From contig CAVRCF010000001.1 in assembly GCA_963719505.1 (NCBI GenBank), positions 384,001 through 448,000 of the forward strand: a stretch of DNA of 64,000 bases, given 5' to 3'. This document shows positions 1 through 11,000 of this stretch, in pieces. Source of the stretch: Halobacteriovoraceae bacterium. Lineage in GTDB: Bacteria > Bdellovibrionota > Bacteriovoracia > Bacteriovoracales > Bacteriovoracaceae. The position numbers and the translations under genes were made by a program. Numbering within the stretch: the first letter of the stretch is position 1; each line of letters starts with the position of its first letter. Under the pieces are notes generated by a model that was not told the DNA's origin, did not search any database, and was given only the letters and a program-made list of their open reading frames with translations.

Positions 1-486
1 AAATATAATTTTACAATTGAAGCAGATCCAGAACATGAATCACACGCTATTGAAGTAACGATTGAAAGTCAGTCTTAGAACTAAAAACTTTAAATTAACG
101 ACATAACTTTATAGATTCAGCAGAATATGCAGATCTTAGTGAATCATTACGAAGGAATTAACAGCATTTTTAAATTCTGAATTTCACATTATAAGACTGA
201 TAAAATTGATGAGAATTATAATAACATGAACGATTTTGCAGAATCTGTTATAGCAACTGGAAAACAAGGTGCTTATATCCAACGCTATAAGGGACTTGGA
301 GAGATGAATCCAGATCAACTTTGGGAAACAACTATGAATCCTGAACATAGAACACTTATTCAAGTTAAAATTGAAGATACAATTGATGCTGATCAGGTTT
401 TCTCAGTTCTTATGGGTGATGCAGTTGAACCAAGACGTGAGTTTGTTGAAAGCAATGCCTTGAATGTTAGAAACCTAGATGTTTAA
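1..486 (+). CDS. gyrB: DNA gyrase subunit B, C-terminal part (5' truncated by window; apparent frameshift upstream of 226)
   Basis: [20 protein letters not shown]...[14 protein letters not shown] is the GyrB C-terminus; directly upstream of gyrA. Confidence 0.95.
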
Positions 487-505
487 TTATTAAGGAAGAA
501 AAAAA

Positions 506-3002
506 ATGAGTGACGAAAATAACAACACACCGCACATAACCACGGACATATAGCTCCACTTATTAATTCAAGATGAGATGAAAGAGTGTTATCTCGATTA
601 CGCCATGAGCGTTATTGTAGGCCGAGCACTTCCGGATGTCCGCGATGGACTAAAGCCAGTTCACAGACGAGTTCTCTATGCTATGCATATGCTTAACTAA
701 TTATCACAACAAACCCTTTCTAAAGTCAGCAAGAGTTGTTGGTGATATCATTGGTAAGTATCACCCCCACGGTGATTCATCTGTTTATCAAGCAATTGTT
801 AGACTAGCGCAAGAATTCTCTATGAGATATCCAGTTGTTGATGGACAAGGAAACTTTGGATCTATTGATGGTGATAACGCAGCAGCAATGAGATACACCG
901 AAATAAGAATGAAAAAACTTGCTGAAGAGATGATCAAAGATATCGATAAAGAAACTGTCGACTGGCAACCAAACTACGACGATTCTTTAACGGAGCCTAG
1001 AGTTCTTCCAACTAAAGTTCCAACACTTTTAATTAATGGTTCAGCTGGTATCGCAGTTGGTATGGCCACAAATATTCCTCCTCACAATCTTACAGAAATC
1101 ATGAGTGGTTTGAAATCTGTTACTAGACAGATACAGACATTACGATCGATGAGTTAATGGAAATTATTCCAGGACCTGATTTTCCTACTGCTGGTGACAA
1201 TCCAAGGAACTGCTGGAATTAAATCAGCTTACCATACTGGTAAAGGAATTATTCAAGTTCGAGCAAAAGCTGACATTGAAGTTCATGGAAAACAAGAGCG
1301 TGAGCGAATTATTGTTAACCGAAATTCCTTACCAAGTAAATAAAGCAAAACTTATTGAAAAAATAGCTAAGCTTGCTTGTGATAAAGTTCGTGACGGGAA
1401 TCTCTGATATTAGAGATGAATCTAATCAAACTTGGTATCAGAGTTGTTATCGATATTAAAAGAGGTGAACCAGCAAATATCATCTTGAATAAATTATTTA
1501 AAATGACTCAAATGCAAATCTCATTTGGAATTATTTTCCTATCTATAAGAAATGGTCAACCAAAAGTCATGAATCTTAAAGAACAACTTCAATGTTTTAT
1601 TGATCACAGACGAGAAGTTGTTATTCGTAGAACAATGTATGAGCTTAAAAAAGCAAAAGCTCGAGCTCATATTTTAGAAGGTCTAAAGATTGCAGTTGAA
1701 AATATTGATGAAATTGTTGAAATCGATAAAAGCATCTGAAGGACCTGCTCAAGCAAAAGCTTCATTAAAATCAAAATTATGAATTATCTGATATTCAAGC
1801 GCAAGCCATTCTTAGATATGCGACTACAAAGACTTACCGGTCTTGAAAGAGATAAAATTATTGCTGATTATGAAGCAGTCATGAAAGAGATAACTCGATT
1901 AGAAGAAATTCTAGCTAGTGAAGATCTTATTAGAGGAATTATCGAGAATGAGTTTGCTGAAATTCTTGAATCTTATGGTGATGAAAGAAGAACAGAAATT
2001 GTTGAGCTGCAGCGGATGAAATGCAAATTGAAGACTTTATTAAAAATGAAGAAGTCATCGTTACAATAACTCATAAAGGCTATTTAAAACGAATGCCACT
2101 TGATACATACAAGGCTCAAAAACGAGGTGGTAAAGGTGTTAAAGGATCATCTAACGAGGGTGATGAAGATTTCTTTACATAATATTTTTACAGCAGAGAC
2201 ACATGATCAATTAATGTTCTTTACGAACCAAGGATATGGTTTACACCCTTAAAGTTTACCAAGTTCCTGAAGGTACAAGAACAGCCAAGGGAAGAAATAT
2301 TGTTAACCTTCTTCCACTAAAACCAGGTGAAAAAGTTACAGAAATGATTGCTGTGCCTAAAAACTTTGACGATCATTATTTGTTATTGTCAACGAAGAAA
2401 GGATTGGTTAAGAAATCTAAACTTTGATGAATATAAAAACGTTAAACAACTCTGGAATTCGAGCGATTAAAGTAAACGACGGTGATGAAGTTTTAAGCGT
2501 AAGAGTCACAGATGGTAAAAAAGATATTCTTACTCTGTGCTGACTCAGCGGTAAAATAATTAGATTCTGCTGAAGCTGATTGTCGTCCACTTGGACGAGT
2601 TTCTCAAGGTGTAAAAGGTATCTCCATTGACGATAATGAAGAAGTAATTGGAATGGCCATTATTGATGATGGTGTTGAGATCCTAAGTATCACTTCAAAA
2701 GGATATGGTAAGAGATCAAGTGCAACAGAATACAGAAAGCAATCCGAGGTGGTAAAGGTATTATCGCGATGAAGCTTACTGAAAAGACTGGAGAATTAGC
2801 TCAAATTAAACCAGTTTCAGACAAAGATGATCTTATGATCATTACAAATAATGGTCAGGTTATTAGAACTAAAATCGCAGGAATTTCACTTCTGGGTAGA
2901 AATACTCAAGGTGTAAGATTAATTAGACTTAAAGATGGTGAAGAAGTTGTTGCCATCGAAAAGATTATTGATCCTGATGAAACTGACGAGAATGAAGAAT
3001 AG
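506..3002 (+). CDS. gyrA: DNA gyrase subunit A, broken into several frames by indels (probable sequencing/assembly errors)
   Basis: ATG at 506 after AAGGA; fragments carry [43 protein letters not shown], the GyrA-box QKRGGKG (~2117) and GRNTQGV; acidic tail ends at TAG 3002. Confidence 0.93.
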
Positions 3003-3774
3003 TTACCTCTTTTTTATACTTTTTATAATAGCTGGATGTGGATTCACGTCCGGCTCTTATAAAGAAATTCTACAAGCCCAAGAACATATTAGTGATAGAG
3101 AGTATGACAAAGCAGTTAGGCTCTATAAAAGTATTCTCCTAAGAAGACCATCAAAGAATATTGATATCAAAATAAGCTATCAGTTAGCAGAAATTGATTA
3201 TCTTTACCTAAATAAGTACAGGGAAGCCGTATCCTATTACGAAAGAGTCTCCACCATAACTGACGATCCCCTTTGGCAAACTAAAGCACTAGAGAAAATT
3301 GGCTTAATAACTTTTGAAAATCTAAAGGACTACAAAGTCTCTCGAGAAGCCTATAAAAAATTGAAGAACTTCATGCCACGCCTAGAGAACCAAGACTTCT
3401 ACAATCTAAGATTTGCTTTGACATATTTTCATGAACAAAACTACTCCATGGCTTCGGAATACTTGAAAGAGATTGTTGTCGAAGAAAAATCGAAATATAT
3501 TACAGATGCTTATTACCACATTGGGCTTATTAACTTTTATCGCCGTAAATGGGAGACAGCTGTTTCTTATTGGTTTGAATATTTGAAACGAGAAAAAAGA
3601 AAAGATAAAATTGTTCAAATTAAATTTCTCATCGCCAATGCCTATGAAAGTGGTGAAAAGCTTAAAGAAGCCTATAATGTTTATTATAGTATTATTGGAA
3701 GTTATCCCAATCCCGATGTTATAAAAGCAAGATTAAATTCCCTATATCAAAGAAGAGTGGCGAGAAAGCGATGA
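2992..3774 (+). CDS. TPR-repeat lipoprotein
   Basis: [16 protein letters not shown] lipobox-like signal followed by TPR-like helices; overlaps gyrA end. Confidence 0.75.
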   Translation: MKNSYLFFILFIIAGCGFTSGSYKEILQAQEHISDREYDKAVRLYKSILLRRPSKNIDIKISYQLAEIDYLYLNKYREAVSYYERVSTITDDPLWQTKALEKIGLITFENLKDYKVSREAYKKLKNFMPRLENQDFYNLRFALTYFHEQNYSMASEYLKEIVVEEKSKYITDAYYHIGLINFYRRKWETAVSYWFEYLKREKRKDKIVQIKFLIANAYESGEKLKEAYNVYYSIIGSYPNPDVIKARLNSLYQRRVARKR

Positions 3775-3959
3775 AAAAATCAAAATTACTCGCCATAGCC
3801 GTTGGTCTCCCTTCAAGTATTATAGGCGTTACAATGTTTGCGTTCTATTTAGAAAAGAATAAATACATTGGGAGTTTGCAAATGGTGGGTATTATTGTAA
3901 TTAATATTTTCGTTCAACTTTATTTTCTGGTTCTGTATGCAAATAAAAAATCAAATTAG
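3771..3959 (+). CDS. AtpZ/AtpI-like small membrane protein (ATP synthase gene 1)
   Basis: 62 aa, two TM helices, position upstream of atpB. Confidence 0.55.
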   Translation: MKKSKLLAIAVGLPSSIIGVTMFAFYLEKNKYIGSLQMVGIIVINIFVQLYFLVLYANKKSN

Positions 3960-4299
3960 CCTTACACGTTATATCGTTTTATCCTTTCTCCACCTAGCAG
4001 CGACTGTTTATTATGTAGGCCAAGGAAGCGTTAATGTTCTTCTTGTTGTTTTTGCGGCAATTTTTCTCAATCAAGCCTGTCTTTTTGGAGCGATGCACAA
4101 ACTTTTAAATGTTCCTTCTGAAGAGCGGGACAATACCGGGATATTCATTTTATTTACGGCAAAGTTTCTTATTTTAGCAGCTGGACTATGGTACGGTATG
4201 GCTAATTTTGACGGAAATAAGCTAATAATCATTGGAAATTACATATTTCAATTGATTATCCTTTCTTTAAGTATTAAAAGATTAGGTAAAAAAAATTAA
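3937..4299 (+). CDS. atpI: ATP synthase protein I-like membrane protein
   Basis: 120 aa, about four TM helices, immediately before atpB. Confidence 0.6.
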   Translation: MQIKNQISLTRYIVLSFLHLAATVYYVGQGSVNVLLVVFAAIFLNQACLFGAMHKLLNVPSEERDNTGIFILFTAKFLILAAGLWYGMANFDGNKLIIIGNYIFQLIILSLSIKRLGKKN

Positions 4300-4308
4300 G
4301 GAATATAT

Positions 4309-5076
4309 ATGAAGTTTATTTTAGCTTTAATGCTTTTATTAACGAGTGCAAGTGCTATGGCGGCTGGCGGATTTATGTGGCTAGAAGGCATAACTCAATC
4401 ACTAAACCAACCCGATCATGTTGTAACTTTTGCGATCATGTGTGTTTTATTTTTAATCCTTGGAATTATTTATAGAGCAAAAACGAGTAATGTAGAAAAA
4501 GCACTTGTTCCAGATAAAGGAATAACTTTTAGAAATATTTACGAATTCTTTGGCGATTTTATTTATAACCTTTCAAAAAGCACGATTGGTGAAAAAGAGG
4601 GACCTGAGTATTTTAGATTTTTCATGTTCTATTTTCTCTTGATCTTTATGAGTAACCTCATTGGTTTAGTTCCAGGTTTCATGCCACCAACTGAAAACTT
4701 AAACACAGGTTTAGGTTTGGGAATCTTAGTCTTTTTATACTACAACTGGCACGGAATTAGAGTTCAAGGTTTAAAAGCACACATAGCTCACCTTATGGGA
4801 CCTATTGCTGCAATGGCTCCATTGATTTTTGTCATCGAGCTTATCTCTCACCTTATGAGACCTCTTACTTTAGGCTTAAGAATTAGAGGAAATATGATGG
4901 GAGATCACACGGTTTTGGCCGTTTTCTCTGATCTAGTGCCTTATATTATTCCAATACCATTCTATGTATTAGGTATTTTTGTTTGTTTTATGCAGGCATT
5001 CGTTTTTACAATTTTATCAATGGTTTATATGAACTTAGCGGTGGAACTTCACGATCATGGAGACCACGCGCACTAA
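4309..5076 (+). CDS. atpB: F-type ATP synthase subunit a
   Basis: NLIGLVPG, ELISHLMRPLTLGLRIRGNM (essential Arg), QAFVFTILSMVY. Confidence 0.97.
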   Translation: MKFILALMLLLTSASAMAAGGFMWLEGITQSLNQPDHVVTFAIMCVLFLILGIIYRAKTSNVEKALVPDKGITFRNIYEFFGDFIYNLSKSTIGEKEGPEYFRFFMFYFLLIFMSNLIGLVPGFMPPTENLNTGLGLGILVFLYYNWHGIRVQGLKAHIAHLMGPIAAMAPLIFVIELISHLMRPLTLGLRIRGNMMGDHTVLAVFSDLVPYIIPIPFYVLGIFVCFMQAFVFTILSMVYMNLAVELHDHGDHAH

Positions 5077-5107
5077 AAATATTTTTTAAACTTTAAAGGA
5101 GTTTTAA

Positions 5108-5344
5108 ATGGACAGTCAATCAATGTTAGCTTTAGGTGCAGCAATCGCAATCGCAATTGGTGCTTACGGTGGAACTTCAGCTCAAGGTAAAGCAGTAGCT
5201 GCTGCTCTTGAAGGGATCGCAAGAAACCCAGCTGCAAAAAGTGATATTCAAACACCAATGATTATTGGTCTTGCACTTATCGAGTCACTAGTAATTTTAT
5301 CTTTTCTTATCGCATTCTTTCTTCAAGCGAAGATTGGTGCATAA
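5108..5344 (+). CDS. atpE: F-type ATP synthase subunit c
   Basis: ARNP loop, GLALIES with ion-binding Glu59. Confidence 0.97.
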   Translation: MDSQSMLALGAAIAIAIGAYGGTSAQGKAVAAALEGIARNPAAKSDIQTPMIIGLALIESLVILSFLIAFFLQAKIGA

Positions 5345-5370
5345 TTAACCATTTTTTTATAAAAAGTAAC

Positions 5371-5394
5371 AACCCCGTGAATGCGGGGTTTTTT
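5371..5394. terminator. Intrinsic terminator between convergent atpE and pdxA
   Basis: AACCCCG-TGAATG-CGGGGTT hairpin followed by T tract. Confidence 0.85.
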
Positions 5395-6283
5395 ATGCCT
5401 GCCACCTAAGTATTTCATCAAGTAGATAGTTCATTCCAAGATAATTAGCGCGATTTTTTCCGTAGAGATCAAAAGCTGTTCCATGATCAGGAGAGACTCG
5501 TATAAAGGGAAGGCCTAGAGTTAGGTTGATTCCTTGAAGTCCATTATGCTGTTTAAAAACACTTAGCCCCTGGTCGTGATACGCATACACAAACAAAGTA
5601 TCAAGTGCATGTTTATTAAAATAAAGAGTATCAGCAGGAATAGGACCTAAAAAATCAATTGTCTGAAATTTGTTTTTTAAAGACAATATAGCTTTATCAA
5701 TCTCATTATCCTCATCACCCATCATCCCTTTTTCACCGTTGTGTGGATTAATACCTGAAAAATAGATTTGGGAAATCTTCCTAAGATTTTTTATATTATC
5801 GAGAAAAAGAGAAACCTTGTTTTGGATCATCTCTTTATTTATTGAGCGTCCTATATCATTCAATCTAATATGGTCGGTCAGCAGGAGAACATTAAAGTCT
5901 TTTGAAATAAAACTCATCACAATATTTGAATCACTATAAACATTTCGAAAATACTCTGTGTGGCCACTCAATACTTTATTACGGTAAACAAATTGTTCTT
6001 TTGATGAGGGAAGAGTTAAAAGGATATCCCGTGGATGGATCTCATCAATAGCTTTGTTCATTGAACGTACCGTTTGAAACTCACTAGATTCAACAAAAGA
6101 GAGCTTCAATTTTTTTACAAGAGATTCATAACTTATATTTATTGAAGCTAAAGTTTTTAAAAGCGTGGCTTTGTGGCAGTAAAGTTTGAATTGGGACTGT
6201 GAAAGACTTGGAAGACATAAAAAACTTTTAATGAAAACCTCTAAGCCAATTCCTTTTTCATGACCTTGAGTAACGAGAATCAT
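5393..6283 (-). CDS. pdxA: 4-hydroxythreonine-4-phosphate dehydrogenase (PdxA family)
   Basis: GHTEY, GINPHNGE, GPIPADT, YHDQGL, RVSPDHGTAFD; start at 6283 overlaps the surA stop (TAATG). Confidence 0.92.
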   Translation of the reverse strand: MILVTQGHEKGIGLEVFIKSFLCLPSLSQSQFKLYCHKATLLKTLASINISYESLVKKLKLSFVESSEFQTVRSMNKAIDEIHPRDILLTLPSSKEQFVYRNKVLSGHTEYFRNVYSDSNIVMSFISKDFNVLLLTDHIRLNDIGRSINKEMIQNKVSLFLDNIKNLRKISQIYFSGINPHNGEKGMMGDEDNEIDKAILSLKNKFQTIDFLGPIPADTLYFNKHALDTLFVYAYHDQGLSVFKQHNGLQGINLTLGLPFIRVSPDHGTAFDLYGKNRANYLGMNYLLDEILRWQA

Positions 6284-7197
6284 TAAATATTTTCTAAGAT
6301 ATAGTAGTTTAGATATTCTCTGGAGAACCAACTTTGAGTTACACCCACACTTCTTTGAGCATAGAGCTGACCATAAAGTTGGTCTCTGCTATTAAGGAAG
6401 TCTTGAGAGGCTTTAAGTTCTTTCTTTTTCAAATAGAAAAAATGAGCTGTCCCATCTTTAACATAGGCTTCAGAAAATGATTTGGCATTAGTACTTTTTA
6501 AAACAGTATTTAAATCTTTTGGAAGATCATCACCAGAGAGTTTGCCTAAGTTGTTGGTTTCAAGTCGCGAATAAATGGCAGGAAGGTTTCCAGTTTGTTG
6601 ATAATTAGACAATATTTCTGGTATTTTAGAAAGATCGCCCTTTTGAATTTTTGATTCAGGAAGTGTGAAATCTACAATATCGTATTCAAAGCTTAAGGCT
6701 TTGTTGGATGAATTATTTTGGTAATAAAGGTTTTTTAACTCTTGGTCGGTAATATTAACAAGGGGAGCTATAATTCTTCTATTAAAAATATTGAACTCAG
6801 TGGCTTGCCTAATGAGCTCAAAATACTCGTCGAAGGTGATTCCTTTAGCTTTTAAAAACTGAATAAGATCCGCTCTTCTTAGTCCCAATTTTTTCTCAGT
6901 ATCTTTAATTCGCGCCTCAACACTGTCATCCGACACAACAAAACCTTGAGCTGAGAGCTTATCTTTAACGATAAATTTTTGCTGTTGAATTTTTAAGATA
7001 TCGTTGAGGCTGTAATTTTTTTTATTTGCATAAATAAAAGGTGCAATTTCTGTTCTCGCTGGTATCGTCGCTTGAATTCTTTCTAATTCAGACAAAGAAT
7101 AAACTTTATCATTAATAACACCAGCTATCTTATCAATAAGTTTTCCATGGGACTGGAATGAAATGAGAATTAAAAAAACAGAAATATACTTTTTCAT
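6283..7197 (-). CDS. surA: SurA N-terminal domain chaperone
   Basis: Signal peptide then IDKIAGVINDKV; surA-pdxA synteny. Confidence 0.75.
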   Translation of the reverse strand: MKKYISVFLILISFQSHGKLIDKIAGVINDKVYSLSELERIQATIPARTEIAPFIYANKKNYSLNDILKIQQQKFIVKDKLSAQGFVVSDDSVEARIKDTEKKLGLRRADLIQFLKAKGITFDEYFELIRQATEFNIFNRRIIAPLVNITDQELKNLYYQNNSSNKALSFEYDIVDFTLPESKIQKGDLSKIPEILSNYQQTGNLPAIYSRLETNNLGKLSGDDLPKDLNTVLKSTNAKSFSEAYVKDGTAHFFYLKKKELKASQDFLNSRDQLYGQLYAQRSVGVTQSWFSREYLNYYILENI

Positions 7198-8028
7198 TTA
7201 TTTTAAATTTTCCTTGAACAACTTTATTTTAGCAGTCTTTCTTTCACCTTCGAAATAGTTCTCTAAGATGGAATCTCTTTTTACATCGTAAATGATCTTT
7301 TTGTACAATTTAATATCAATTTGCTCAAAAGTCTTTTTTCCAAGAACCTTAGCGATGTGAAATCCATACTGAGTTCTAAAAGGTTTAGTAATGAAACCAA
7401 TAGACTTATCCTTGATAGCTTCGTAATACTCTGGTGTAAGTTTCGTCTTAGGTTGGTACCCTAGGTCACCACCAATAGGAGCGTCAGAAGTTTGCGAAAA
7501 CTTTTTTGCCATCTCCATAAAATCATCAGGTTTCTTTTGAAGTTGATTATAAATATTAGCTGTTTGTGCTTGAGCGGCTTTGACATCATCAGGTGATGGA
7601 TTGGCCCTTAATCTATAAAGAATTTGAGCGGTACGGTATTCTGGGTTTTGCGCATAATATTTTTTTACTTCATCGTCGCTTACCGTTATTTTTTTAAGCT
7701 CAGGTTCTAAGTCTTTTGAAATTTGTGCGTGGTAAACAACATCATTCATCTTTTTGATTACAACAGGATTTTTATGAAGTTTGTTTTTCTTTGCTTTATC
7801 AATTCCTACAATTCTATTAACTAAGTCATTGAGTGAACTTTCCAATGTAACTTTTTTAGCCCCTTGAACAAATTTTAAACTATTTGTATGGTATCTATAA
7901 AGTTCAGACTTTTTTATTTTTCTTCCATTAACCTCTGCAACAACTGGATCTTTGGCCTGTTCTTTTTTGTCTGTTTGTGAAAACGATAAAGTCGGTAGTA
8001 ATAATAAGCTTAATAAAATCCATTTCAT
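7198..8028 (-). CDS. Parvulin-type peptidyl-prolyl isomerase (PpiC/PrsA-like)
   Basis: VAEVNG, FMEMAKKFS, GGDLG, PFRTQYGFHI. Confidence 0.9.
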   Translation of the reverse strand: MKWILLSLLLLPTLSFSQTDKKEQAKDPVVAEVNGRKIKKSELYRYHTNSLKFVQGAKKVTLESSLNDLVNRIVGIDKAKKNKLHKNPVVIKKMNDVVYHAQISKDLEPELKKITVSDDEVKKYYAQNPEYRTAQILYRLRANPSPDDVKAAQAQTANIYNQLQKKPDDFMEMAKKFSQTSDAPIGGDLGYQPKTKLTPEYYEAIKDKSIGFITKPFRTQYGFHIAKVLGKKTFEQIDIKLYKKIIYDVKRDSILENYFEGERKTAKIKLFKENLK

Positions 8029-8071
8029 AAGAGTTCCTAATTGTTGTTTAAACTATATTCTAATAAAAACA

Positions 8072-11000
8072 CTAACATGGGTCTATTTGCTGTGCAATAT
8101 AATTCGTGAATTCAAGCAGTGTTTCGGGCTTTACGGAATCTTTGAAAGAACAGTTGACTGAAAAATTCGGATTTAGTTTATAGACCTTTGGCCTTTCCAT
8201 AAAAAATTGAATAACTTTGTTGCGCAGAGTCACATCTTCTGCAATTTCCAGCTGATTAAAATTGAGAATGATTGATTTAGACAGCACTTTTATACTATCT
8301 AGTGCGAGGTGTTGTAAATTGATACGAGATTTGAGGATCAAATATAGGTTTTGCGCCTCTTGAGGAGAGAGACCAAATTGATCTTCAATTTCTTCAATAA
8401 TTTCATCGAGTAGATCGTGAGATTTACAATTAGATAGACGCTTATAATACTTTAATCTCAGCCCGGTATCTTCGATAAATTTGTTTGGTAAAAAAGAAGG
8501 AAAGGGTGTTTGAATTTCAATCGATCGGCTGTGATTAACAGGCTGCCCTTTTAATTCCTCAATAGATTCTTGAAGGAGCTCCATATATAGTTCTAAACCA
8601 ATATTTGCGATATGACCTGATTGCTCAGCTCCTAGTATATCCCCGCTTCCTCTAATTTCTAAATCTGAGGTTGCTAGCGAAAAACCAGAACCCATATCTG
8701 CATAGGTCTGAAGAGCTTTAAGTCTCTTTGTTGCTATGTCGGAGAGGTTCCTATTCGACGGCACTAGAAAGTAAGCATAAGCTTTTCTATCAGAGCGGCC
8801 GATTCTCCCTCTTAATTGATGAAGTTGAGAAAGTCCAAAGGTATCGGCCCGATCGATGATCATCGTATTAGCAGCTGGGATATCAATTCCAGATTCGATA
8901 ATCGTTGTCGAAATTAAAATATCGAATTTATGTTCATAGAAATCTTTTATTCTTTTTTCTAGCTCCCTCTCAGGCATCTGACCATGCGCCACAACCAAGG
9001 AGGCGTCGGGAACTAATTTTTTAATGGATGCTGCATACTCTTCAATGTCATTAACCTTATTGTGAACGATAAAAATCTGTCCACCTCTAGACAATTCTTT
9101 TTCAATGGCATCTCTAACAGTTTTACCGTCATCCTTGATAATATAGGTCTTTATAGACTGCCTCTTAAGGGGCGCTGTTCTTATTAATGAGAGTTCTCTG
9201 ATTCCGAGAAATGACATTTGTAGTGTTCTTGGAATTGGAGTGGCCGTCATAACAAGATTATCTACAGTAGCCTTTAGTAACTTTAGTTTCTCTTTATGAG
9301 CAACACCAAACCTCTGTTCTTCATCGATAATAATTAAACCGAGATCTTTGTACTTTATTTTATCTGAGAGAAGTTTATGAGTTCCAATTAATATATCTAC
9401 TGTTCCTTGCTCTACTCTTTGCAGGATTTCTTTAACTTGGGAAGCTGACTTAAACCGCGACACATACTCAATATTGACGGCAAAGCCTTCAAAGCGCTTT
9501 ATAAAAGTGTTGTAGTGTTGATAAGCTAAAACTGTTGTTGGAACCAGGATCGAAACTTGCTTTTTATCGAGAACAGCTTTAAATGATGCCCTCATTGCAA
9601 CTTCAGTTTTTCCAAAACCAACATCACCACAAATAAGTCTATCCATTGGTGTTTCTTTTTGCATATCTTCGAGGACATCATCAATAGCTGATAGTTGATC
9701 GGGAGTTTCTTCAAACGGGAAATCCAACTCGAACTCTTTAAAGTGATGGTCAGGCTCAGAAAAAGCAAATCCTTTTCTGAGTTTTCGTTTGGCATTTAAT
9801 TCTAAAATATCAAATGCCAGTCTCTTAACTGAGCTTCTCGCTTTTGATTTAGCTAATTCGAATTTTTTTGTTTTAAGGCTATCAACTCTTTGCTCAGTAA
9901 TTTGATTGGCATGTTTTTGAATTAAGTTCAGCTTGTAAACGGGCAGGTAAACTTTATCATTATCTTTGTATTCGATGATAATAAAATCATTTTCTTGGTT
10001 GCCCATTTTTATATTTTCCATACCTAAATACTTACCAACACCATGAACCTTATGAATGAGGTAATCACCAATTTTTAGTGTTGACAGCTGTTCAGCAAAA
10101 AGGTCTTCAGTATTTAGTTTTTTAGATTTTCGCGTTTTCTTAATCTTTTCTGCGAAAAGATCAGACTCCGAAAGAAAGAATGTGTTTTCATTTTTGTAAT
10201 AAAATCCAGACGTGAGGGAAATTTGAAAATATTCAATCTTAGATTTTAGCTCTTTGCTAGAAATATTCTCTGAGATTAAAAATTCCAATTCCTTTCTAGA
10301 GCTATCATTTCTATAAAGAATATACAGTTTGCCTGAAGCACCTAATTTAGACTCAATTGCTTTTATGAGCTGATGGAGGTACTCATATTTATTTTTGGGC
10401 TCAACTTGAGAATATTTCTTTAAGAAAACCTTTGTTGATTCAAAATGAAGATTCAAAGAATTATCTAAGTTGTCACCCAGGTCAATATTGAGTGATATCT
10501 CGTCAATATTAAACTCCTTAAAATCTTTCTGCAATAACGAGTTGAAATGGTAAATCTGTTCAGGTTGAGGAAAGACTTCATCATCACTTGGATCTTCAAC
10601 TGACCTTTTAACTGATTCATAAAAGTTAGCTTCGCTTTCATTAAACTGATTTTCTGAGGTATCTTTTTCAAAAAAATGAAGCTTATAACTTGGAGTTAAA
10701 AAATCAGTTAAAAGCAAGTTCGTTTCAAAAAAAAGAGGAAAAAACAGCGGATAATTCTCAAACAACATTCCCTGAGATAATTTTTCAAAAATTTCATTTT
10801 TATTCTTATTCTTTAACTTTTGTGTTGGCGAATACTTTGGAAGTTTTGATCTAAGTGATAACACAGAATCTGGAGAGATAATCCCTTGGGGGGATTGTGC
10901 AATCGATACCGTTTGAACAGGTTGGTCCTTTAAGGTTTTGAGGTTATCTTTATCAATTTTGTATATTTCCTCAATCATATCGTCGAAATATAAAAGGCGA

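Noticed and set aside
506-3002. gyrA as a true pseudogene or programmed multi-frameshift gene
   Set aside because: Indels are numerous and local, with no amino-acid decay or slippery-site pattern; the gene is essential; a sequencing artefact is far more likely.
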